This document shows positions 38,406-45,974 of a DNA stretch of 64,000 nucleotides, one piece after another. The notes under the pieces were generated by a model. The model searched no databases, was not told where the DNA came from, and saw nothing but the letters and a program-made list of their open reading frames with translations. Origin of the DNA: a virus (taxonomy: Duplodnaviria; Caudoviricetes); IMG/VR virus record IMGVR_UViG_3300038412_000083, positions 10,051 through 74,050 of that record. One strand, 5' to 3'. The translations under genes and the position numbers were made by a program. The number at the start of each line of letters is the position of its first letter. Position 1 is the stretch's first letter.

Positions 38406-39073
38406 AAAACGTTTCACTTGTAATAATCACCGACGGAAGGTTGGAGTATTTGGAAAAAACAATGAACTCTTTATACAATAATGTGAAATATCCTTTTGTA
38501 GAGAAGATTATCGTAAATGATTGTATAGATATAAGATTTAGAAATAAGGTAAAGGAACTTGCAGATATTTATTCCTTTTTTACAATTAACCACAATACAA
38601 AAATGGGATTTGCCAGAGTTTACAACACCGCATGGAAAAGAATTTGGCCATCATCAGACTTCGTTTTCAGCACTGAGGATGACTTTACCTTCAATGAAGA
38701 AATTGATGTAGAGAAAATGATTGAAATTTTGGAGTACGATAGAAACTTAGTTCAGGTAGCCTTAAAACGTCAGGCATGGAATGAAGAAGAAAAGAAAGCC
38801 GGAGGAATAGTTGAGCTGTGGCCTGATCAGTACGAAGAAAAAAACGTAGGTGATTTATCATGGACTGAACACAGGCAGTTTTTTACCACCAATCCAAGTC
38901 TGATATCAAAATGGGTGATTGACAGAGGGTGGCCGTTGGTTCCTGATAGTGAAGGCATATTTACTCATGAACTTTTTAAAAATCCTAATTACAAATCTTG
39001 CTTTTATGGCGGAAAATTTGATAAGCCAAAAGTGGAACACATTGGGATAACCCGCGCAGGAATAAATTATTAA
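38402..39073 (+). CDS. Glycosyltransferase, GT-A fold
   Basis: IIVND...GFARVYNTAW...FSTEDDF...TTNPSL...VEHIG. Confidence 0.75.
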   Translation: MKNVSLVIITDGRLEYLEKTMNSLYNNVKYPFVEKIIVNDCIDIRFRNKVKELADIYSFFTINHNTKMGFARVYNTAWKRIWPSSDFVFSTEDDFTFNEEIDVEKMIEILEYDRNLVQVALKRQAWNEEEKKAGGIVELWPDQYEEKNVGDLSWTEHRQFFTTNPSLISKWVIDRGWPLVPDSEGIFTHELFKNPNYKSCFYGGKFDKPKVEHIGITRAGINY

Positions 39074-39077
39074 AACT

Positions 39078-39632
39078 ATGATAGGAAAGACAGGTATTTG
39101 GACTAATGAAGAAAACTTCGCTCACGCTTTCAGTTATTATACTGCAAGGTTTATTTCAAAATACTTTGAAAAAGATAATACAGTATTTGATATTGGATGC
39201 GGCAGAGGAACATACTTGCAATACTTGAAAGATGTTGGATTTATGGATTTATCAGGAATTGAAGGTAGCAAGTTAGATAGTTTTGATTTCGATGATATTT
39301 TATGTGCTGATTTAACCCATCCAATTTTTATTCCACAAAAAGGTAATGTTATTTCCATTGAAGTTTTTGAGCATATTCCACCTGAATTTGAAAGTGTGTT
39401 TGTAGATAATATTTGCCGTTTATGCGATAATAAACTTGTGTTATCAGTAGCAGTTGAAGACCAACCGGGCATAGGTCATGTAAATTGCAAAAACAACGAC
39501 TACGTGATTAATCTATTTCAAGGAAAAGGATTTTGGTTTAACAAAGAAAAGACGGAAGAAGTAAGATCAACGGTAGAAGATCATGTTTCTTATTTACGGA
39601 AAACGTTAATGGTTTTTGAAAAAATAAAGTAA
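39078..39632 (+). CDS. SAM-dependent methyltransferase (glycan-associated type)
   Basis: VFDIGCGRG; SIEVFEHIP; QPGIGHVNC. Confidence 0.8.
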   Translation: MIGKTGIWTNEENFAHAFSYYTARFISKYFEKDNTVFDIGCGRGTYLQYLKDVGFMDLSGIEGSKLDSFDFDDILCADLTHPIFIPQKGNVISIEVFEHIPPEFESVFVDNICRLCDNKLVLSVAVEDQPGIGHVNCKNNDYVINLFQGKGFWFNKEKTEEVRSTVEDHVSYLRKTLMVFEKIK

Positions 39633-40447
39633 TGAAGATAGCAGCAATAACGATGGTTAAAAACGAAGAAGATATAATCTATCATTCTTTGTTGAATATG
39701 GCCGAGGAAGGTATTGACGTAATTATTGTAGCCGATAATATGAGTACCGATAAAACTCTTGCTGAAATAAATAAAGCTAAAGATGTTCTTAATGGTTCTA
39801 CCTGCCAAATAATTATTTTGGAGGATAAGGAAGTAGGGTATTATCAATCCGAAAAGATGACAGCACTTGCTCATAAAGCGTATAATGAATTTAGCGCAGA
39901 TTGGATCATACCAATGGATGCAGATGAAATATGGTTTGCACATGAAGGGAAAATTTCAGATGTTATAAAATCATTGCCTGAGAATATAAATGTTATCGAG
40001 GCTTCATTATACAATCATTTTCCAACAAGTATAGATGTTGATAGTATAATCCCATTTGAAAGTATTGTGTGGAGACAAAAAGAAAAAGGTGCGCTTCTAA
40101 AAATGGCTGTAAAATATCATAAGGATATGGTTATTGAACAAGGTAATCATTCAGTAAGACTACCTGTACCACAAGTAAAATCAAATTGTTTAGAAATAAG
40201 GCACTTTCCCTACAGAACATGGGAGCAGTTTAAGAACAAGGCATTAAACGGAGCAAAAGCATACAAGGCTACAACTCTACCAGAAAATATAGGAAGTCAC
40301 TGGAGAGGTTACGGTGAAATGATTGAAAAGTGGGGGGATGAAGTTGTTAGAAAAGAAGTCTATGAAAAGTATTTTTCATTTTTTTCACCTTTTGACAACG
40401 ATATGATTTTAGATCCGGCGCCTTTTAGACGATGGAATAAACAATAA
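39632..40447 (+). CDS. Glycosyltransferase, GT2 (Glyco_tranf_2_4-like)
   Basis: TMVKNEEDII...VADNMSTDKT...WIIPMDADE. Confidence 0.85.
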   Translation: MKIAAITMVKNEEDIIYHSLLNMAEEGIDVIIVADNMSTDKTLAEINKAKDVLNGSTCQIIILEDKEVGYYQSEKMTALAHKAYNEFSADWIIPMDADEIWFAHEGKISDVIKSLPENINVIEASLYNHFPTSIDVDSIIPFESIVWRQKEKGALLKMAVKYHKDMVIEQGNHSVRLPVPQVKSNCLEIRHFPYRTWEQFKNKALNGAKAYKATTLPENIGSHWRGYGEMIEKWGDEVVRKEVYEKYFSFFSPFDNDMILDPAPFRRWNKQ

Positions 40448-40451
40448 AAAT

Positions 40452-40625
40452 ATGCACAAAGGACAATCTGTATGGCAGTTTAATATGCGAACAAAGGAAC
40501 TTATCAAGAGAGTAGAAAATAAGTTTGAGTGCGAGCCATATTGTCTATATGTAATATCAATCAACAAAGAAAATGCGGCTAAAAAGATAATAAAACTTTT
40601 GGATGCAATGGAAAATAAAAATTAA
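40452..40625 (+). CDS. 57-aa hypothetical protein (not in the ORF track)
   Basis: MHKGQSVWQFNMRTKELIKRV...; fills the operon gap. Confidence 0.45.
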   Translation: MHKGQSVWQFNMRTKELIKRVENKFECEPYCLYVISINKENAAKKIIKLLDAMENKN

Positions 40626-40669
40626 AAATATAAACAACCAATAGATGAAAGAGAATTAAACTATTAATT

Positions 40670-40870
40670 ATGACTGAAACATATTTTAAAAATGACGCAA
40701 AACAAATTGTTGATATGCTATTCGACAATAAATTGTTTATCTCAACCTTAACAAGGGATGAATTAAATTCAATAGAAGAATATTTAGCATACTCAATGGA
40801 ATCAAAGTTTGATAGTCATTTAAGAGCAGAGAAACTTTTTTCTAAAATAAATAAAGAACAAAAACAATGA
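40670..40870 (+). CDS. Hypothetical protein
   Basis: 66-aa ORF coupled to the next gene. Confidence 0.55.
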   Translation: MTETYFKNDAKQIVDMLFDNKLFISTLTRDELNSIEEYLAYSMESKFDSHLRAEKLFSKINKEQKQ

Positions 40871-41229
40871 GCTACGAAGTAATAGGAAAACTAATTTTCA
40901 AATCAGAAACTATCCAGCGTACAGAAACATTTAAAGTACGTGATTTTGTACTGGAGCAAACCGAAGAAGCCAACAGTAAGACCTTCATTAATTACATCAA
41001 ACTACAAGCATCACAGAACAAAGCAGACTTACTCAATGATGCAAATATTGGAGATGAATTAAAGGTGCAATTCAATCTTCGCGGATCTAAGTACGAAAAA
41101 GACGGGAAAACCTTGTACTTTACCAATCTTGATGCCTGGAGAATTGAAGTAACTAATAAGCTGGAAAAGAAACCGATCATAAGTGAGGCAGAAGTGGTAG
41201 AGGAAACATCAGATGATCTTCCGTTCTGA
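40867..41229 (+). CDS. DUF3127 family OB-fold (SSB-like) protein
   Basis: IGDELKVQFNLRG...YFTNLDAWRIE; acidic DDLPF tail. Confidence 0.8.
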   Translation: MSYEVIGKLIFKSETIQRTETFKVRDFVLEQTEEANSKTFINYIKLQASQNKADLLNDANIGDELKVQFNLRGSKYEKDGKTLYFTNLDAWRIEVTNKLEKKPIISEAEVVEETSDDLPF

Positions 41230-41244
41230 TCTAAAATAAAACAA

Positions 41245-41733
41245 ATGAAATATTTCCATCTTGACGGTAGGATAGTTGAGGAACTATTAAATAGATTTTT
41301 AGGGTTTATGAATGAAACTCCTTCGGAAGAAATAACTATTATCATTAATTCAGTAGGAGGCAAAGAGTGCGTTTCAAAATTAATTCTAAATATTATTAAT
41401 GAGAACAAGGAAAGATGCACCTTAATTTCGCTCGGAGTATATAGTGCAGCTTTTTATATTTTTTATAATGCAGAATGTAAAAGGAAAATGACCTATGGTT
41501 CACCTGCAATGTGGCATTTATCTTCAGCAGATATGAGAATGATGTCTAATAAAAAACCTTCTTATACTGAGGATGAGACGCAATTGAAAAATTGGGTAGA
41601 TGATAAGATTGAAATTGAGTTCGCTGAGAAATTTATGACACCAAAAGAATTAAGGGATTTTAAAAAGGGTATCGATGTTTACTTCACTTTTAAAAGAATT
41701 AAAGAAATATTCCCTGATGTAGAAATAATTTAA
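41245..41733 (+). CDS. ClpP-like peptidase
   Basis: IIINSVGG, YSAA (Ser), AMWH (His). Confidence 0.65.
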   Translation: MKYFHLDGRIVEELLNRFLGFMNETPSEEITIIINSVGGKECVSKLILNIINENKERCTLISLGVYSAAFYIFYNAECKRKMTYGSPAMWHLSSADMRMMSNKKPSYTEDETQLKNWVDDKIEIEFAEKFMTPKELRDFKKGIDVYFTFKRIKEIFPDVEII

Positions 41734-41882
41734 AACCAACCGAAATGAGAGCGATAATATTTATATTTTTTACCGTTGCTATATGTGTAACCATATTGAT
41801 AATTACTGTGATGGCAATTCGTACTTCATCAAATACATACACAATACGAAAACCACATTTTATAAAACCAAAATAAAAATCA

Positions 41883-42074
41883 ATGAAAACAATAATCAAA
41901 GAAAAAGGTAAAAAGCCGCTGGTATTTCAGAAAGGAGGGCTTCATAAGAGCACTAATACTCCTATGGGTAAGACTATCCCACAAGCTAAATTCTCAGCAG
42001 CCTTAAAAGGCTCAGACGGCCCTAAAGCGAAAAAGCAAGCTCTAATGGCTAAAAACGTTTTCGGGAAGAAGTAA
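41883..42074 (+). CDS. Small basic phage protein
   Basis: KGGLHKSTNTPMGKTIP...; Lys-rich. Confidence 0.55.
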   Translation: MKTIIKEKGKKPLVFQKGGLHKSTNTPMGKTIPQAKFSAALKGSDGPKAKKQALMAKNVFGKK

Positions 42075-42138
42075 ACTCCAATGTAGGTGTGATAATCATG
42101 CCTACTTTCTATTAAGTAACCAATTAAACCTAAATAAA

Positions 42139-42468
42139 ATGTCAGTACTTTCAGATTTTAACCCAGATCCGGTAATAAAGGAATCATATCCAGATTCAGA
42201 ACGTGATCCATCCGATACTCAATTAAGAGAAAGAGAACTTACTTTCGGAGAAAAATTAGTAGGATTGAATTTTAATCCTTCAAATGATGATAAGGTTGGT
42301 AAGGCAAAAAGACTTTGCGCTGATCTTGCCGATTTAGTATATAACAACGATGCCGCAATAGGTACAGAACCTCCAACTTACTTGTATAACCTTATTAAAG
42401 GAAAAGCATTAGGAGAAATTCTTAATGCCCAAATGAACGTGGTAAAAGTTCTTACCCTGAAGTATTAA
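42139..42468 (+). CDS. Acb2/Tad1-hairpin-like (DUF7681-type) putative anti-defence protein
   Basis: TFGEKLVGLNFNPS...VGKAKRLCADLAD...AQMNVVKVLT pattern, recognised from memory. Confidence 0.55.
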   Translation: MSVLSDFNPDPVIKESYPDSERDPSDTQLRERELTFGEKLVGLNFNPSNDDKVGKAKRLCADLADLVYNNDAAIGTEPPTYLYNLIKGKALGEILNAQMNVVKVLTLKY

Positions 42469-42540
42469 AATCCTTAGCTGCCGGAACTTAAAAATATTTT
42501 TTTGGGTTGCGGAAACCGGCGGCTATATTTTAAAAATATA

Positions 42541-42795
42541 ATGATAATGTACATTTCAAAGAAAAGTCTTAAAAAGGTAGTAAAATATATACTTGAAAAT
42601 TCAGAATGGCTATCAAATGAAGATGAGGCATTAAGCGAAGCATTGGAGATGCTAAAGAATGGAGAATTGGAAGATAAACCCTTAACCGAGGAAGAAAGGA
42701 AATCTTTAATCAGGTATATATCAGATATTAAGTTTTTAGACCAAAGGGATATTGATACAAATATTTTCACTTTATCTTCAACCTACTCCCATTAA
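42541..42795 (+). CDS. Hypothetical protein
   Basis: Acidic helical ORF converging on the RepL-like gene; start moved from 42502. Confidence 0.45.
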   Translation: MIMYISKKSLKKVVKYILENSEWLSNEDEALSEALEMLKNGELEDKPLTEEERKSLIRYISDIKFLDQRDIDTNIFTLSSTYSH

Positions 42796-43216
42796 ACACA
42801 TAGTTGATATTAACGAAGAACTCGATGCTACTACCCTGTTTTCTGGCGATAACCTGCTTCTCAATTAATAAGGATATATTTCTATAATAACTCCTACGAC
42901 TGAAATTACAAGATTTACATACAATATCACAAGGAAGTGAAATAACATCTATATGAGGCTTTAAATTAATGGCTATATAAATAAACATAGACAAAGCGCC
43001 AAAACCTAAACCGGAAACTATAACCAATCCTTCCCGAAAGAACTTAACATAATTGGCAGTATCAACAAGAACTCTTTTATTCTTTGCCGCTTTCCGGAAT
43101 ACATTGATCTCGCCACTACTAGTATCAGCTAATTCGTAATCACCACCCTCTACCCTTTTAAAACACTCTTTTATTGCTCCATCTATAACCTTAAATGGAC
43201 TGTTTAAATACTCCAT
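42767..43216 (-). CDS. RepL-like winged-helix protein
   Basis: SRRSYYRNISLLIEKQVIAR...FFVNINYVFNGSR resembles the RepL family C-terminus. Confidence 0.55.
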   Translation of the reverse strand: MEYLNSPFKVIDGAIKECFKRVEGGDYELADTSSGEINVFRKAAKNKRVLVDTANYVKFFREGLVIVSGLGFGALSMFIYIAINLKPHIDVISLPCDIVCKSCNFSRRSYYRNISLLIEKQVIARKQGSSIEFFVNINYVFNGSRLKIK

Positions 43217-43228
43217 ATTTACTGTTTT

Positions 43229-43244
43229 GTGCCACCGTTGGCAC
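43229..43244. promoter_or_regulatory. Inverted repeat upstream of the RepL-like gene
   Basis: GTGCCA-CCGT-TGGCAC. Confidence 0.45.
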
Positions 43245-43355
43245 TATGAAGGACATAAATGACACTAACCACCATTAATAATCAATGACTTATCTACATT
43301 CCATTCTTAATATTCTTAGTACTACTTTTCTACTCCCACAAATTTAATCTTTTTC

Positions 43356-43397
43356 GGTACATATTGTATCTTTTTTCGGATTATTTAATTAGCTTTG
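43356..43397 (+). promoter_or_regulatory. Operator plus -7 promoter box
   Basis: GGTACATATTGTATC (43356-43370); TAGCTTTG (43390-43397). Confidence 0.7.
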
Positions 43398-43401
43398 CGG
43401 T

Positions 43402-43482
43402 AGTTCTTTAAACGGTTAGGTAGTGACTGAGTAAACGCATAAAGCACGAAAACCAGACTATTACTTAACCGTTTTTTGAACT
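43402..43482 (+). ncRNA. Putative rod-shaped small RNA (~80 nt)
   Basis: AGTTC/GAACT, AAACGGTTAG/TTAACCGTTT and GTAGT/ATTAC stems; begins 4-5 nt after a TAnnTTTG box. Confidence 0.5.
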
Positions 43483-44077
43483 ATTTTCAGTTCTTTGTAA
43501 ACATGGCACGATTTTTTATTACGCGAACTTCCATACTAAACACCCAAATTCATGGAATTAGTTCACACCGTCCTGAAAGGTTATTTTTACTTCTGGATAA
43601 TAATTATTTCTCTGCTTTTTATCGTCCCCCTGGTTCAAACTTTGTTCAAATTGATTGATATTTTGATCAAAAAGAACTCTAAATACAAGCGGGATATTTA
43701 AGCAAGTAACAATATGAAGGTCAAGAAGTAACAACAGTTTTAAAAAGATTAATGTAGTTGTGATGATGGGGTACATGTAGATTAAGGCGGGGTCAAACTC
43801 AGATGGGAAATGGGTTTTGGCGAACCAGGTGGGGTGTCAATTTACTTTTTCAAAAGGAGGGAAAATACTTCGCTACAAAGTAACAACAACGAATTGATGC
43901 GTTTACAAATAACTATTTTTTAAAATAACTATAATTAAATTGGAATGATTGAAGGAAATATTCTATTTAACATAATGTTTGAGAAGGGAAAGTGTGAGTG
44001 TGGGAATGTGGTGTTTCCATCTATAACTAAAGACATAGTTAATTCCCATTCATTATTCTACTTAACATAATAATCAT

Positions 44078-44392
44078 TTGAAACTAAGCTACCTTTCACG
44101 CTGTTTCTTATATAATAAGGCTATTGCCAAAGCTACTATAAAGCCTGAATACATCTTCATTTTACACGCTATTAGTTTACTTCAGCCTGTTGGCTGGTTA
44201 GCAATATTAAACGTTCTTACTAAGGTTAAGAGAGGAAGAGATCGAGGTGTATTAACTCAATATCTTGATTATCTCACAGCCAATGGATATATAATAAGAA
44301 ACACAGCCCGCAAATATTCGCTTACTCCTTATGGATTATCTATCCTAAAAGATATTGAAACAAGACTTCGCAATGAACGCCACGACAAATGA
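44078..44392 (+). CDS. Winged-helix (MarR-like) DNA-binding protein
   Basis: LTQYLDYLTANGYIIR...YSLTPYG; TTG start. Confidence 0.5.
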   Translation: MKLSYLSRCFLYNKAIAKATIKPEYIFILHAISLLQPVGWLAILNVLTKVKRGRDRGVLTQYLDYLTANGYIIRNTARKYSLTPYGLSILKDIETRLRNERHDK

Positions 44393-44460
44393 ACTTTGGC
44401 ACGATATTAAGTTGAGTAATAATTTCCCCACTCATTTCCCACAATGTAGAATAAAATACA

Positions 44461-44476
44461 CGTTCCACGTGAAACA
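44461..44476. promoter_or_regulatory. parS centromere-like site
   Basis: CGTTCCACGTGAAACA, one mismatch to the chromosomal consensus TGTTNCACGTGAAACA. Confidence 0.75.
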
Positions 44477-44500
44477 TCTATATAGTTAAGTATATTTTAC

Positions 44501-44522
44501 GTTATAACCTTAGGTTTATAAC
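44501..44522. promoter_or_regulatory. Inverted repeat abutting the sigma-54 site
   Basis: GTTATAACCT-T-AGGT-TTATAAC. Confidence 0.45.
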
Positions 44523-44524
44523 TT

Positions 44525-44540
44525 TGGCACGCTGTTTGCA
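44525..44540 (+). promoter_or_regulatory. Sigma-54 (-24/-12) type promoter
   Basis: TGGCAC-GCTGT-TTGCA, exact consensus spacing, 20 nt before the first ATG of the operon. Confidence 0.6.
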
Positions 44541-44560
44541 TTATATTGAGCAAAAACAAT

Positions 44561-44653
44561 ATGAAAAAGCTAATAAAACAAATCATCGCAGTTCTCCGTA
44601 ACTGGAACTTTGAAACCCCTTCCAATTTTTCACAATTCAATTCTAAAAATTAA
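44561..44653 (+). CDS. 30-aa leader ORF (not in the ORF track)
   Basis: MKKLIKQIIAVLRNWNFETPSNFSQFNSKN, directly after the promoter. Confidence 0.4.
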   Translation: MKKLIKQIIAVLRNWNFETPSNFSQFNSKN

Positions 44654-44657
44654 TACT

Positions 44658-45911
44658 ATGAGAAAGACAATTAAAAATGTTAATGGCTGGGATGTTCAAA
44701 TATCAACCGGTAAGAATTACAAAAATATTATTTCCTGCACTGCTCAATTTGGAGTATGTGAGGAGCGCAGCGGCTATCAGACATTTTCACACGCTTTATT
44801 TTCTGATCCTTCTTTGACACTTGCGCAAGCTAAACCAGGCGAAAGGGCAACAGAAAAGAAACTCTTGGAAGTGTTTAACGCCGGATTGGCTGAGTTTGAA
44901 AGATTAAAGGAAGCGAACGAATTACCAATTAAAAAAGATGCGTTGGAAATTCAAGTCGGCCAAATTCTATTTTTAAATGGTTACGGACAGGACGAACAAG
45001 GGCACGAAAGACTTGCCGTTTATGAAATAGAGGGGAGCAGGTACAAAACCGTAAATCTTGAAACACTTACTTTATCAACAGAAGAACACATTAGGCCAAT
45101 TGAAGAAAAATTTGGCATCGGTATTTATTACAAAAAAGGCGATGTGATAGAAGTTAATGAAGTAAAAGCCGCAGTAGCAGCCGCAAGAGTAAAAGTAGAA
45201 TTAAAAGAAAAGGCAGACAAAGAACAGCGCGAAGCCGCCCAAATTGAGAGATCAGAAAAAATAAAAAAGGGCGCTGAGATTATTAACGCAATCCCGGAAG
45301 GCGTAAGCCATGCGATCGTTGCAAATCTTATGGAAGATGATAGCGACATCCAAAGCGATTATTTTGCAAGTCATTCAACACAAACAGTTTTTTTAGCTTT
45401 TAGTAAACATGGCCGGGATTTATTCGACGAAATGAGAAAAGCCGCCGCCAATTGTCCTATTGAAGAAATAAATAAATACAGTGTAAAGCCAGAAAAACCA
45501 GAAGGAGAAAACGAATTTTGGACACCGGAAGACGAACACCGCGAAAAGTATAGTATGGGATCTGGTTATTATTTAGGCAGCCAGTACAGAAGCGGCTGGG
45601 AAATAAGTAAGACTAATATAGACGGCCGCAGCCTGGAAGCCTTACAAATTGCAGCCGCCGAAGGTCGCTATTTTATCCCGGAACAAAGCGAACAGACGGA
45701 AGTTAAAAACTATTCTCCAGTTGAAGTAAAGGCCGGAACTGTTCAAATAATAGATTACAGCGAAAAGGCGATCGCCGTAATTGGTGACACAAAACCGATA
45801 AAAGATAAATTAAAAGAATTGGGGGGTCGTTTCAATTTTCGTCTTTCTTGTGGCGCTGGCTGGATATTTCCAAAGACTAAATTAACCGAATTACAAAGTG
45901 CATTAGTCTAA
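44658..45911 (+). CDS. Multi-domain leading-region protein (Bacteroidota 'fusion protein' type); start moved from 44610
   Basis: DDSDIQSDYFASH...EHREKYSMGSGYYLG module and C-terminal IIDYSEKAIAVIGDTKPIKDKLKELGGRFN...GWIF module. Confidence 0.6.
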   Translation: MRKTIKNVNGWDVQISTGKNYKNIISCTAQFGVCEERSGYQTFSHALFSDPSLTLAQAKPGERATEKKLLEVFNAGLAEFERLKEANELPIKKDALEIQVGQILFLNGYGQDEQGHERLAVYEIEGSRYKTVNLETLTLSTEEHIRPIEEKFGIGIYYKKGDVIEVNEVKAAVAAARVKVELKEKADKEQREAAQIERSEKIKKGAEIINAIPEGVSHAIVANLMEDDSDIQSDYFASHSTQTVFLAFSKHGRDLFDEMRKAAANCPIEEINKYSVKPEKPEGENEFWTPEDEHREKYSMGSGYYLGSQYRSGWEISKTNIDGRSLEALQIAAAEGRYFIPEQSEQTEVKNYSPVEVKAGTVQIIDYSEKAIAVIGDTKPIKDKLKELGGRFNFRLSCGAGWIFPKTKLTELQSALV

Positions 45912-45961
45912 CTGATGAGCCGTAAAGCGGCGAAACTTGGCCTACGGGCTAAGTCTTAGAT
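45906..45961 (+). ncRNA. Type I hammerhead ribozyme
   Basis: Stem I TCTAA/TTAGA; core CTGATGA; stem II GCCG-TAAAG-CGGC; GAAA; stem III CTTGGC/GCTAAG; GTC cleavage triplet (45953-45955). Confidence 0.85.
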
Positions 45962-45974
45962 AAAAATAAATACC

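Noticed and set aside
43425-43460. Second hammerhead (CTGAGTA...GAAA)
   Set aside because: The core deviates from CUGANGA and no stem III or NUH triplet can be formed.
43506-44412. Additional TGGCACG sites at about 43506 and 44396 as sigma-54 promoters
   Set aside because: No TTGC at the -12 position.
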